DNA of 64,000 nucleotides from Octopus vulgaris (GCA_951406725.2 OX597831.1:63612001-63676000), one strand, 5' to 3'. Positions 42,564 through 56,015 are shown, numbered from the stretch's first letter. Notes: a model not told the origin generated them from the letters alone. Numbers and translations: made by a program.

Positions 42564-43454
42564 CGAGTGGGTCCCCAAAACAAAACGGAATTTTGCAAAA
42601 TTATCTTAATCACTTAGATTAACATGTTTACCCTTTTATCGCCTTCAAAATATTCTCCATTTGAAACAAGGCATCGGTCCAAGCGCGTTTTTCACTATTC
42701 GAAGCAGTCCTGGAACTCTTGCGAGATGCTACCCTTTAACGCCTCCGCCGTGTTTCTCTTCACCTCTTCCACATCTGCAAATTCCGTAGCACCAGCTTTT
42801 GTCACCAGTGATGACCTTCAAAAAAAGGTCCACATCGACTTCCACCTGTTCTTTCAGATTACGACGCACATTCAGTCGGGACTTGCTTTGATCTTCCATG
42901 AGCAAGCGAGGCACAAATTTTGCTGCAACTCTTTATATTCGCAATTCCTCGCTCAAAATTCGTTAACAGGAGCTCCAGGACGCGTCAGCCACATCAACAA
43001 GATCGTCGATTGTTCGGTGACGTTTCTCCAAGATCGGTTCATGAAATTCCATGATGTTCTCTTTCGTTCGGGAGGTCGACTGTCGTCCTGAACGGGGTTA
43101 GTGTTCAAGCGACAAGTAACCATTCCTAATGCGTGAAAACCACTCGAAAACTTGTTTTGCTTTGAAAGCTGTTTGAAGTATGACATCTGTTTCGGCCGCC
43201 GTTTACCCCCATCAGAAACAGAATTTCACGGAAGCAGGCTGTTCCTTCGTTTCAGCCATCGCAAAGATCGACGAACAGGGGAGGAGCTCTGCTAAACAAA
43301 GACGCACCACGTGACAGTACGACATCAGTCGACGATACCGGTCGATTAACTGATGCCTGAGGGACGAATCAAGTGGTTTCTAGCAGCGGAAGCCTGAACT
43401 ACAACGAGCTTGTCCCACACAGGACGTTTCTGATTACTTTTGAGAACCCTCTCG
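42564..43454 (-). mobile_element. Internally deleted mariner transposon
   Basis: TIRs CGAGTGGGTCCCCAAAA / TTTTGAGAACCCTCTCG with TA flanks; peptides PRLLMEDQ..KVITGDKSWCYG and KTRLDRCLVSNGEYFEGDK; most of the DD34D core is deleted. Confidence 0.9.
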
Positions 43455-43461
43455 TACACAG

Positions 43462-43516
<55 letters not shown>

Positions 43517-43561
43517 TGTAATATGTATGTAATATGTATTCGTGTGTGTGCGTATAACGTA

Positions 43562-43820
<259 letters not shown>

Positions 43821-45736
43821 ATATGTGCATGTGTGTGAGAGTGTAGAGGGAATGTAGTGACACTGATTAAATCCATCAACAATATGGCTTAGTGAAAAAT
43901 ACCTTACAGGACCGTATTCTATACAATACACAGACCACATTAAGTATAGTAACATACAATAAACTCTGGTCTCTCAACGAACCGATTGATTATAGCATTC
44001 ACCACTTCATTTTATAATGAAACATGCGTTTTCTTTTATAAATCTTTATCTTTAAAACTCTATTTTAATTCTATTCCCTTTGGTTCTATTATTTCCATTA
44101 TTCGTTCTTGAGTTTGATTGTCAGTCATAGAAAACTAATTACCAGTGTCAGTTTTATGCCAAAATGTGATTCGGTTAACAGATTGAATTATTCTCAATTT
44201 TCCTGCATTGGCTTCTGTTTGAATTTAAACTTTCCTAAAATATCCGCGAACATGATACCCGTGTAGTACATTTGCTGAGTTAGCATATAACCGTTAATGG
44301 AATGTGCAGAAATCGTCAAACACGTTAATCTTCTGACTCCTCTGACAGGGTTTTTCAGTTACCCTTGACGATAATTTAAGATACTAAATCCATTTTTCCC
44401 TGGTATTACTAACATATATTTAAAATTAATCTAACGTATAATGGGCTGCGGTGTTGAACCAATCAAATATGTACTAATCTGATTTCAAGATATTGCTGGG
44501 AATACGGAAGCGATATCTGACTGCGTTTTCAGGTATAGGCAACAGGATGTATCTTATTTGTGTGGTAAAAATGGAACGAAATGAAATATTTCCTTATTTC
44601 TGCTCCACTTGTTGGAACTACGTAAATACCTCATGTTTATTATTCTGTTGGTTCATAAGTTTGAAGGGTTGACAAAACCCGGCGTTGCCCGGTTACATTC
44701 AATTGAAGAATTAGACTTTCCTGTTATATTTTCTGTAATGAACTGGAATATCTATGTTTCGAATTACATCAAAATTGCAGATGAGGGTTATTTCCCTCTT
44801 TACACACCCTAAAAAAATTGTAATCGTGCCACATGTATCCCATACTACTGATTTTTATGCGCATATTCCAAAATTCCAGTCTTATTGAACCTGTTAAAAA
44901 GATTTTGCTCCTAAAAAATGAAGGTCATGGAGCTCTAAAATGTGAGAGTTAAGGCCCCTGTTGGGGGGTGGGCATCTTAATATTAATCAGAAAAGTTGAA
45001 TTGTTGAGAATCTTTTTAACTTGGGTCTTATATCTATTGTTCGAATTTCTTTGAAATAGGAAATATATGTTCACTGGGTTTGTAAAAAATATACATATAT
45101 TTACTGTTTCTCGAATCACTTATTTTTATTCTTGACTTTTCGTTTTTAGCTGAAAAGGCCACTCATAATATCCCTGGTACTGAAATTGAAATCTGTTAAC
45201 ATTTGTGCTGGAGTCTGTGAACATTGTGACACATAGCATTCACTAAATGACATTTTTTTAAACGAGGGCGGTTCTCGTGTAGTTTAATGCTGTTCCTTCC
45301 ATCTTGCTTTTCTTTTATAAATCCTTTTAAGTTTGACTTTTCAATATATACAAAATGAAGAATTTGCTACTAATTATATACTTTAAGAATGTTGAACTCG
45401 AGGAGTTTTATAGAATACTACAATATTGTATTTCGAAATAATAATTTTTTTTTTGTTTTTTAACATATCATGCATATTAGCTTTCGGTTTTTAGAAAACT
45501 GGTAAAACCACGAAAACTATCCCGAGTAGCACAACGTATTACTTCATAAAATCATATGTCAGCTTCTACATTTCCACGATAGAAAATTATATATAATAAT
45601 CTATTATCTGACATTCAAATTGATACGAGAGAATCTCTGAGATCATTTAGTCTTCTAGGCAAGCTAGCCAAAGTCCCTCAAATATCATATCAGTGATTTA
45701 CTAAATCTGTTATCTCTTCCTACCACCAATTTATAT

Positions 45737-46026
45737 GGAGGCACATGGCTTAGTGGTTAGAGCAGCGGACCCGCGGTCGAGGGATCGCGGGTTCGAATAT
45801 CAGACCGGACGATGTGCGTGTTTATGAGCGAAACAACTAAGCTCCACGGGGCTCCAGCAGAAGGTAATGGCGAACTTCTGCTGACTCTTTCGCCACAACT
45901 TTCTCTCACTTTTTCCTCCTGCCTCTTGCAGCTCACCTGCGATGGACCGGCATCCCGTCCAGGTGAGGAACCTATACGCCAAGGAAACCGGCCCTTATGA
46001 GCCATGCATGGCTCGAGAAGGAACAA
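45737..46026 (+). mobile_element. Family A SINE, full length
   Basis: Match to 25302-25600; TSD ACCACCAATTTAT (45722-45734, 46027-46039). Confidence 0.9.
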
Positions 46027-46716
46027 ACCACCAATTTATCATCTTGATGTTATAGAGGCAGTAGTATAGTTGAATAATGTAAAAGATGTCTGGAATTGGA
46101 AAATGAGAATTCAGCTGCAAGCGAACTTGCCGGAAAAATCTGTTTCTGATTTTGCAATGCTTAAGCTAGTCTATAAATTCTTCAATTCTGCCATATGACT
46201 ACTGCAGTGGATTCTTCGCCGATATTAATTTTTTTAACAAACTAAAACACTCGCGTAGGTGGCTGAATATTTCGCAGTTATGTTGTACACTTTACGCAAT
46301 TCTCAGGTAGAATAAGCGTGACAAAATGATAGGCACAATCTAGAGAGAAAACTCGCCGCCTGTACTGGGCAAGTACTTTATTTATCGTCCTTGAAAGGAT
46401 GAAAGGCATATTGACGTCGGTGGAATTGGAGCTCAGTAAGGTGGCACGGATAGCAAGTTTAGTCATTACTCTAACAATAAGTTTTCCCATTTGCAGCCAT
46501 ATGTGACTGGTTCATGTCTCCTGACGAGACCATTTTCAGATTCAGAACAATTCAAATATTTACAGACTCAAATCAAAAATTTTAATACACTTGTGACAGG
46601 ATGTGAATTTTAAGTGACAAAGGAAAATACTTTTACTTGATTAATATGTTACTGCCCTGATTAACTGTGGTAGAAAACAAAATTCTCTTGCTTTCACCAG
46701 CTATCAAAACATTTGC

Positions 46717-46748
<32 letters not shown>

Positions 46749-46846
46749 AATTAATATTAATAATATTGGGGAGTGTAACTCCAAACTTACAGGGGAAAAT
46801 TCAATTTAGTATTAAATTGAATTTTTAAATAATTCTACATTGAATT

Positions 46847-46883
<37 letters not shown>

Positions 46884-47254
46884 CCACTCACAAGGGTTTG
46901 GTTGGACCGAGGCTATTGTAGATGACACATCATCAAGTTGTCACGCAGTTGGACAGAACCCAAAACTATGACAAGTTTAACCCTAGGTGCAGCAAGGGCC
47001 ACCGATGAGGATTAAGATGATCTGCATCAAAATTTGAAATCGTCAGTGATTTGGCTGTCCGCTGGGTAACTTATCTCCCCTTGTCAGTCGTCAATTATTA
47101 AGACAGTGCTTCTGTAGCGATTGAGTTGTCTTGACCCTTATCTCTAGTAATGCTGGTACCACTTAGTATCCGCTGCTACGTCAGTGACGTTTATAAGTTT
47201 GCCTTTAGGTTGTTAAATTGCTAATAAGCCTCCCCACATGTTATATATATATTT

Positions 47255-47460
47255 TCTTATATTTGTTTCCGTCATTTGACTGTGGCCATGCTGGGGCACC
47301 ACCTTTAGTCGAACAAATCGACCCCAGGACTTATTCTTTGTAAGCCTAATACTTATTCTATCGGTATCTTTTGCCGAACAGCTAAGTTACATGGTCGTCA
47401 ATACACCAACATCGGTTGTCAAGCGATGGTGAGGGGGACAAACACAGACATCCAAACATA
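47255..47460 (-). mobile_element. Family C SINE 3' half (a 5'-half fragment lies at ~46880-46970)
   Basis: GTCATTTGACTGTGGCCATGCTGG..GACTTATTCTTTGTAAGCC..CGGTTGTCAAGCGATG. Confidence 0.8.
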
Positions 47461-47763
47461 TATATTTTTTTTCTTCACTCGTTTATTACTCCTGGAGTAA
47501 GTGTCGAGCAAAAACACACACGTAAACAAAAAGTGTCACTGAAGAGGTCACAGATGTGTGACGAAAGATTTCCGGACAGTGGATATGAGTTAAAATAATA
47601 ATATAAGAGCAGTAATAAACGAGCGAAGAAAAATATATAAAACCTGTATTTATTTGCCCAAAAAAGAAAAAGAAGAAAAAAATGACCGTCCCGGAATACA
47701 ACAATATCGGTTTCAATATACGACTTCACATCAGGAATCTTGCAACACAAATTGATAACCGTA

Positions 47764-47811
<48 letters not shown>

Positions 47812-48339
47812 CGCAAGTGTTATTTGTGTATAAATGTATGTTTACCCATATGTGTTTATATAAATTTAAAGCCTCAGTATCTTACAAAGCGCTAAAACGA
47901 GCTGCTTCGGAACCTATTAGTAACTGATAACAAATTTGACTACAGAAAATACTTTAGTTTTTTTGTAGCTAAATAAAGTTTACCTGACAATAAACGGAGA
48001 CCCTCAGACATGAGTAGGTTCTATTGAAAGTAACTTTAAACATCTCTCGTCCTAAAAATTGCCGGTAAATATCCTTCAACTCATTAGCCTTAAAAGGGAA
48101 GGTCACGTTCGGCAATGTACTCCTGGATACGCAAAACGACGGAGTTGAGCAACAACGATAACAGCAGCCATGGTCAGCATACACACAGCAACATACTGGA
48201 ACCTCTACGGACATCATTGAGGAGGAAATAGGCCTCGTAACTTATTGTTAGAGGACGCTGAGGGAGTCGGATGAGGAGGCTGAGTCAACAACAACCTCTG
48301 TTACTGAGGGTGGGTTGTGGTGATGAAGAGAACGAGGAC

Positions 48340-48399
<60 letters not shown>

Positions 48400-48401
48400 C
48401 A

Positions 48402-48433
<32 letters not shown>

Positions 48434-48467
48434 GTTATGAGTAGTAGTAGTCGTCGTTGTCGTTGTC

Positions 48468-48526
<59 letters not shown>
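48340..48526. repeat. Compound (ATT)n/(GTC,GTT)/(AGT)n microsatellite
   Basis: Direct reading. Confidence 0.96.
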
Positions 48527-49499
48527 TCATTATCCAACACTGAAAAAATGTATATTTATTGAAAGCTATTTAAAACTTTTCCCACTTTACTACTAAATCT
48601 TCCTAGGAATTCGTTCAATGGAATATTTCAGTTACCAACTTAGAAACTTCAGTCTTCAAGTATGTCGCGAAAGTCAGTCATAAGACTTAATAAACACGTG
48701 ATTTAGTGTAAGGCCTTGCAATACTAGTCTTTTAGTCCAATGTTATGTAATAGGTATTTTTTTCATAGTCTTAGTTAAAACCCATTGTTAAATTACCTTT
48801 TAACCAGAAAAAATATGTAATTCTAATATTATTATACCAGGATTTCTCTTTATTCGTAGTCGTTGCTTAACTCTAGATAGGCCAAGATCTTGATATTAGA
48901 TATTGTACGTCAAGAATTATATTCTTCTGTGCATTCTTCCTGTTGTTAAAGATTGTTGGTTATAGTTTGAGGGGGTTTGGCTGATAACACAGTGTAACAA
49001 TTTGTTTTTTTGTTTTTTTGTCTTTGGTCAGTAAGTGTTAGAAATCAAAGGAAATGACTACTATTCCCTTCGAACATTGCTTTTGTGACCTGGACATCAA
49101 TGTTTTGAAACTGACCTTTTTTCCATTACATTTCAAACAGATTCAGCGTTGAGTTGCTGAAGCAAAAATATCGTTATAGCAAATATCCGGCTCAATAGCA
49201 CAGATTTGCTTGTTAGTTGCTTGAGCTTAACCATTTCAGCATGTCCCTAAGTGGCTGACAATATGTGCGTCTCTGATCACGAGTAGGAGTAATGGGGGAG
49301 CATAATAGACATATATTGAAAGGGATTCTTTGGAGTTTGAATAAATGTAACAAAAGCAAAGTTTGAAGGAAATTTTAGTCATTTTTCATACTTTTTAGGG
49401 GTAAGGAGATAGGAAATAATAGATGCTACCCATATACAAAGATCATATTACACAGTGTAATTCTGGGGAATCAATCAGAAATTATCTGTCTTTGCCTTA

Positions 49500-49725
49500 T
49501 AATCCTCCACAAGAGATGAGGGACAGGTAATCAAAAGCAAATATGCGAACTTATCAAACCCAGGTTCGCAAGGAGTATCGATGAGAATGTTTACCAAATG
49601 AACCAATCTCTGGTTCACTGTGGTTACGTTTATGAGAATGTCTAAGGAATGAGAATGACTAAGGAATATTTGTACATGACATGGAGTGCACAAGGAGTAT
49701 TTTTGTTTTCACCAATATATGATGA

Positions 49726-49765
<40 letters not shown>

Positions 49766-50830
49766 GTGTTTACATTCATGTATACATGTATTCATGCATA
49801 CATGCATACATACGCGTGCACATACATAAATACATGCATCATGAAGGAAATGGTCCTATTGTCACTAACAAATACTGGGGTATATTCCAAGACCATAGAG
49901 AAATATTTCTGTGATACTGTTTATACTTTCAATAAACTCCTTGTCGTCTTGGCTGATGGAATCTGAGGATTATGTGAATAATGCACAGAAAGTTGGAAAT
50001 TCCAACATAACAGATTACTTTTTTGTGAATGATTTGAAAGAATACACCAAGAATGGTATGAGGAAAAGCCTTGACCTAGTTACGACATTCTCCAAGGATA
50101 CAGTAATGTAGTTTGGCCAAAATATATATTCTTTCGTGGTTGTAAAATGAAGAAGAAATACAAACCTGCTCAGAAATATTTCAACCAATGGCTTTATTAT
50201 TTCCCCGGTATCTGGTGAGGTGTTCTACAAGTCTCAGGAAATGAGTGAGAATATATTCTAGAACTCTTAATAAGGAAAACCGAATTAGGAAATAATACAC
50301 TAAGATAAAATATAAATGCTCTTCAGAAGTTTTCGTATTCAGGAAATTAGTTGCCCACAATGTGTTCGCTGTACTATTAGAGCATTTTCGAGGAAGAGGG
50401 TAAGTCCATTATATGGACCCCAGTGCTCAACTGATACTTATTTTATCGGCCCCGAAAGGATGAAACACAAAGTTGACCGCGAAGGGATTTGAACACAGAA
50501 AGTTAAGACGGACGAAATGTCGCTAAGCATTGTGCCCGGCGTGCTAACGGTTCTATGACTTTCTGACTTATACAAATATTAAGTCTCCATTAGACGCTGG
50601 ATGAATTCTGAGCTATTGATGCAAAAACATGGAAAATTTTAATCAAAGCCATAAATGTCCACACTAACACTGAAGTAAGCCACTTCTACATACAATGGAA
50701 ACAATACTGCAGAAGTTTAACATCGATTCAAACAGCCTTTGAATGTCGCTTCATATCGGTCGACAGCATACTAGCCACCAAATGTTGAAGTATATCCATC
50801 GATCACCTCATGATGTAGATAACCTCGTAC
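49500..50830 (+). pseudogene. Decayed R4/Dong-clade non-LTR retrotransposon RT, interrupted by a microsatellite and a SINE
   Basis: GIFQD, VILFILSINSLS, ITDYFFVNDLKEY (FVDD motif), LDLVTTFSKDTVM*FGQ, and NVHTNTEVSHFYIQW..RSLTSIQTAFECR. Confidence 0.8.
50384..50553 (-). mobile_element. Family B SINE inside the R4-like relic
   Basis: CCCCAGTGCTCAACTGATACTTATTTTATCGGCCCCGAAAGGATGAAA. Confidence 0.75.
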
Positions 50831-50900
50831 TTGTTGGCAAGGAGCTCCTTGGAATGTATCTTCTGACTTGACAATGTATACACCAAATTGCAATGAATCA

Positions 50901-51123
50901 TTACTGTTTTGCTTGTTTCAGTCATTTGACTGTGGCCATGCTGGAGCACCACCTTTAGTCGAGCAAATCGACCCCACGACTTATTCTTTGTAAGCCTAGT
51001 ACTTATTCTATCGATCTTATTCTATCGGTCTGCCGAACCGCTAAGTTACGGGGACGTAAACGCACCAAGTGATGTTGGGGAGACAAACACAGACACACAA
51101 ACATACACACACAAACACACACG

Positions 51124-51187
<64 letters not shown>

Positions 51188-51343
51188 TACGACGGGCTTC
51201 TTTCAGCTTCCGTCTACCAAATCCACTCACAAGGCTTTGGTCGGCCCGAGGCTATAGTAGAAGAGACTTGCCCAAGGTGCCACGCAGTGGGACTGAACCC
51301 GGAACCATGTGGTTGGTAAGCAAGCTACTTACCACACAGCCAC
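50901..51343 (-). mobile_element. Family C SINE, full length, with internal (CA)n(TA)n
   Basis: Head at 51290-51343, internal microsatellite 51090-51190, tail TTGTTTCAGTCATTTGAC. Confidence 0.88.
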
Positions 51344-51689
51344 AAGCTGTTGTGTATATGAACAAAATGCTCTGCTATGTTATTAGAAAGTTTCAGAGAC
51401 AGCAACACAGCCAAAGTAGTTTGTCTTGGACTAACAACTAAGATATAAATTCACTGTGAAGGGCAGACTTTTGTAACATAGGTTCAAAAAATAACAACGA
51501 AATGCCTTACACTAAAAACGGACAGGGCTACAGGTAAATCAGCAGATGCATCAACCGGTAGACTGTGCAGTTAAACACCAAGAACTGCAAGTGTTTTCAG
51601 TCTTATTTGCTTGCAATGGTGGTTATTGTGGTGGTTGTGATGGTGGTGGTTCTGGCGATGGTGGGTTGATGGTGGTAGTGTGACGAGGA

Positions 51690-51924
51690 TAAGGCGGCGA
51701 GCTGGCAGAAACGTTAGCACGCCGGGCGAAATGCTTAGCCGTATTTCGTCTGCCGATATGTTCTGAGTTCAAATTCCGCCAGGTCGACTTTGCCTTTCAT
51801 CCTTTCGGGGTCGATAAATTAAGTACCAGTTACGCACAGGGGTCGACCTAATCGACTTAATCCGTTTGTTTGTCCTTGTTTGTCCTATGTGTGTTTAGCC
51901 CCTTGTGGGTAGTAAAGAAGTAGG
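51690..51924 (+). mobile_element. Family B SINE, full length
   Basis: AAGGCGGCGAGCTGGCAGAAACGTTAGC head; 19-bp TSD GGTAGTGTGA(C/T)GA(G/T)GATAA (51674-51692, 51923-51941). Confidence 0.9.
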
Positions 51925-52119
51925 TAGTGTGATGATGATAACGATGGGCGTCCGCGCATATTCCTCTCAAATTCCACTGGCAAGACATTGATCAACCTGT
52001 ATACATGTATGTTTGTGTGTATATGTGTGTGTCTTTGTGTGTGTCTGTGTGTGTGTGTAGTGTAGTGTAGTGTACCGACGCGCACACATATATGCATACA
52101 CACAAACACACACACACAC

Positions 52120-52734
52120 ATACATACATACATACATGCATACATTCATACATAAATACATACATACATACATACATACATACATACATAGTGGCTGCCC
52201 CCTCGTTATCGAGTATGGCCATTGCACGAAGCTTAATCAATGTTGTTATCGTGCAATGCCTGTGCAAGAAGATTTTTTTAAAGTGAGGAAAGGCTGTACA
52301 CTGAGTCAATCCCACTCACTAATCAATAGCAGCCATAATCCGAAAAGAAGAAGTGAACATCATCGGTAACCACTGAGCCGCAAGTTTTATGTCGGAGTTA
52401 TCCCAGTTACCTGAGTTACCTTCTCCCAGAAGGATGCCCTAACAAAGGCTAGGAGTCCTTCACTCCCAATGACTTAACCGCGCGATCGGGTATTCAGTCC
52501 GATTATTTCTATGTCCCCGCGCATGATACAGCCTTAAGACATTTATTGGATGGCCGTTGACTCTCAAGAGTTCCTCCGCCCGTTGACGGGTTTTGTTTTT
52601 CATCCCGCAGGGTGTCCATTAAACACCCTCCTCACCAAGCAAGCTTGGTGGGGTTGCCGGTTTAGTCGCCGACGACCCGACCATGCAACAGGATGTACTG
52701 GGTTACATGTTACCAGTAGCACTCGAAAGACATA
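52120..52734 (-). mobile_element. RTE-type short non-autonomous element with (TATG)n tail
   Basis: GC-rich, hairpin-rich 5' part (e.g. CACCAAGCAAGCTTGGTG); 3' end runs into (CATA)n on +; no ORF. RTE assignment from general resemblance. Confidence 0.55.
52657..52734 (-). ncRNA. Candidate HDV-like ribozyme, 5' P1 strand truncated
   Basis: Minus strand CCAGU-ACA-UCCUGU-UG-CAUGGUC-GG-G-UCG-UCGG-CGA-CUAA-ACCGG fits P2/P3/L3(CC)/P1'/GG/P4/C-UAA/P2'. Confidence 0.4.
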
Positions 52735-52779
52735 CAGATATATTTGTATATGTATTTATACATATCAATATACACACAC

Positions 52780-52920
52780 ATATACATACATACATACATA
52801 CATACATACATACATACATTCATGCAAACATGCATACATACATACATACATACATACATACATACATACATACATACATACATACATACATACATACATA
52901 CATACATACATGCATGCATA
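52780..52920. repeat. (CATA)n microsatellite
   Basis: Direct reading. Confidence 0.96.
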
Positions 52921-53839
52921 TGGAAAGAAAATAGTTGAGCACTTGCATTTCAAAACATGAATTCTTCTATCTTCCATAAAATAAAATAAAAAACAATTTT
53001 TCTAATGATGTCATCGAAATATACTTGGTAATTCAATAATTCTTAAACATCTCTTTGAAGCCATAAAAGGAGCTTTGTCATTTTGGTTTTAACAATACGC
53101 TAAAGTTTAGATGCAATATTATTGAAATAGCGTAAACAAAGATTAGTATTACTTAATATGATTTGTTTACAAAACTGTAAAACTGAAGTTCAGTCAAGTT
53201 AAATATACATTATTAACTCGGATCAATGTTTCGATAATTTGTATTCAATTTAATATCATGAAGATGAATGAGAAGATAATTTTGTCTTCGGCTAATCACT
53301 TTTTAACTACTTACTCTACGCAATTTGCTATAAAATTTTATTATGCATCCAGTGTGTCGCTTTTTTTGGTCACTTAGTCTACAGTAATCAATCATTATTT
53401 CATTCTACTATATCATGTGTCTGACCAACTACAATTACTGTAATTAAGTTATATATCTTTCAGATTATCCTTATTTCTAACTGCCTTTCAATTAAATAGC
53501 AACAAAATCATGCGCTTTCATGTTGTTATAAGATAAACATGACGACATCGGCGCATCTATAAATATATGAGCATATGAACTATGAATCATAACGGTGTAG
53601 AAGAGTGAAAATGGCTCCGTGGATAAGATTTAAAATCCACGCAACAAGTCAAAGCGTTCGTATCGTATCATTAAATCTGCGTTGCATATGAGAAAAGGAC
53701 ATTTAACCGATCTGAAAACGGAAAGAAACTCGCTATACCAAGTTGTTTATTTCCCTACAGGGATTAAGCCAGCGAGTGTGCCTCTTCATGTTTGCTCAAC
53801 CTGCTATTATTTATAACGGCCAAATCTCTATCAAACCTA

Positions 53840-54273
53840 GGATCTTTTCGGTTTGACCGGCAGTTTTTTTAAATAATTTCCACCTAACTAAACACTTTTA
53901 AACTTCGTATACTGGTAGAATGTTTTTATAAAACATCTTTTCCTCTTGGCTTTATTGAGAAAATTCTATAGTTTGTAAGATATTTGTTGTTTGTTTTCTT
54001 CGATTTCTGCAATTTCAACTAATCAACGACGTCTATTGAGGTGAAAACATTCTGTGCCGTATGAATATGTCCCTCGTTTAAGAAACAGATAGAGTTTATT
54101 TACATTTCTGAAGAAAAAAAGATACCCTTCCTCCCACCCCTAACCCTAACCCTAACTCTAATCCTAACCTTAAAACAGATTGAAATGCAATAGATCGATA
54201 TTAGGGTCATAATCATGGGTGACAATTTCATTGACACCGCTAGAAAAAACTGCGGGTCAAACCGAAAAGATCC
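53840..54273 (-). mobile_element. Merlin-like MITE copy 7
   Basis: Perfect 8-bp TSD CAAACCTA (53832-53839, 54274-54281); about six CCCTAA-variant units. Confidence 0.95.
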
Positions 54274-54541
54274 CAAACCTATACTCTACGATAAAAATAG
54301 AAACTTGCCTTGCCAGATAGACAGGATGATACACAGAATTACCATGGTTGAAACGATGAGAGTCAACTTCAAGTTACACAATAACAGCAACGATTTCTTA
54401 GAGCTTGACCGTCTGTTTCCTCCAAAACTAAAACAGATTACTACTCCCATCTAATGGTCTAATGATTCACTTTAAATCTTCGATCCCTAGCCAGTGATAA
54501 TTATCTCTTTTTTCCTTTTTTGACTCACATATCTGTAGCAA

Positions 54542-54780
54542 ATACCTATTTCTTTACTGTCCACAAAGGGCTAAACACACAGAGGACAAACAAGGATAGA
54601 CAAACGGATTAAGTCGATTATATCGACCCCAGTGCGTAACTGGTACTTAATTTATCGACCCCTAAAGGATGAAAGGCAAAGTCGACCTCGGCGGAATTTG
54701 AACTCTGAACGTACCGGCAGACGAAATACGGCTACGCATTTCGCCCGGCGTGTTAATGTTTCTGCCAGCTCTCCGCCTTT
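54542..54780 (-). mobile_element. Family B SINE, full length
   Basis: TSD ATATCTGTAGCAA(A/G)TACC at 54529-54546 and 54782-54799. Confidence 0.9.
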
Positions 54781-55871
54781 TATATCTGTAGCAAGTACCA
54801 TTAATCGGTGGTAGAATTTACACCACATTTTCAATATACGAACATTACATAACCCTTCAATTGTTTCAAACCTAGAGACTTCGTTTCCATGTACTGTGTA
54901 ATGAGATATGGTTAACCTGGACAGAATTTATCTTCTTTAGCCATGACAAATTCTGTAAATCAATGAAGATGGGTTTCGCTAAGTATCGAAACTGTTTTGC
55001 AGAGAAGACATGATGGAAGCTTACCGTTATTCTGCAGCATTTGCACAGACTGTTAAATTCACATTAAAGCGGCTGTTACTATTATTATTTACATAAGAAA
55101 CACTGGAGATAAGAGAAACGGTAGAGATAAATGGTTAAATTGAATCTGAAGAATTCCAGTAATTTTTTAGCTTCATTGATTGCTTTAAATCTGTCAGAGA
55201 TGTTTGTGTGAATGGTTCTCACTAAAGGGGTATGCAGTTCTCACATACTCCCTCTCTCTCTCTCTCTTCTCTATGGTGTGTGTGTGTGTGTGTGTGTGTG
55301 TCTGTGTGTCTGTGTGTGTCTAAAAGGAGGAAATGTCAGTTGAAAGATAAAAGGCTTTTAATTTATGCTGCAATGTTTTGACTCATTAGTTGCAATTATT
55401 TAGTAATGAAATGAACTTCACTAAGATAGTAATTTATTTTCATCATCGTGATTGTATCAAATAACCTATAAATACAGAGTTACTTCTTGTTATTGACTGT
55501 TACGGTACTATTGAATGTCTCTAATAAGTAACTAAATACTACTATGATCTTTGTAATTACTGTGATGAGAAAAAAAATAGTTTAGGTGAGGAATAGACTT
55601 TTCAGCAAATGCAGAGAATTGTTTTAATTGCTGATCAGATTACCATTCTTGCAGCAGTTTTTATTTTTAAAGTGGCATGATGAAATGTCAGAGATTTTAT
55701 CTTTAACTCAACTAGCGAGCACTTTCATCATAATTGTCACAAATGTCTCATTTAATTGCTGCCCACTTAATATCTTAGCTATCGTATCTCACTGGTCGCT
55801 CACTACATCATGATTACGGCTTATTTCTGTCTTAATTCTCCCCAACTTTCATCATGATTGCTACTTCTTTT

Positions 55872-56015
55872 CAATTATCTGTCACACATTTTATCGTAAC
55901 TGTCACACACTTCACCATAATTGTCACACATTTGGTCATAACTGTCACACTCTTCATCATAACTGTTACACGCTTCATCCTGACAGTCAAACACTTCTAT
56001 CATAATTGTCTCTCA
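55872..56015. repeat. Degenerate 21-bp minisatellite (~7 units)
   Basis: Consensus TCATAACTGTCACACACTTCA. Confidence 0.8.

Noticed and set aside
55872-56015. Regularly spaced repeats as a CRISPR-like array
   Set aside because: Contiguous degenerate 21-bp units without spacers, in eukaryotic DNA.
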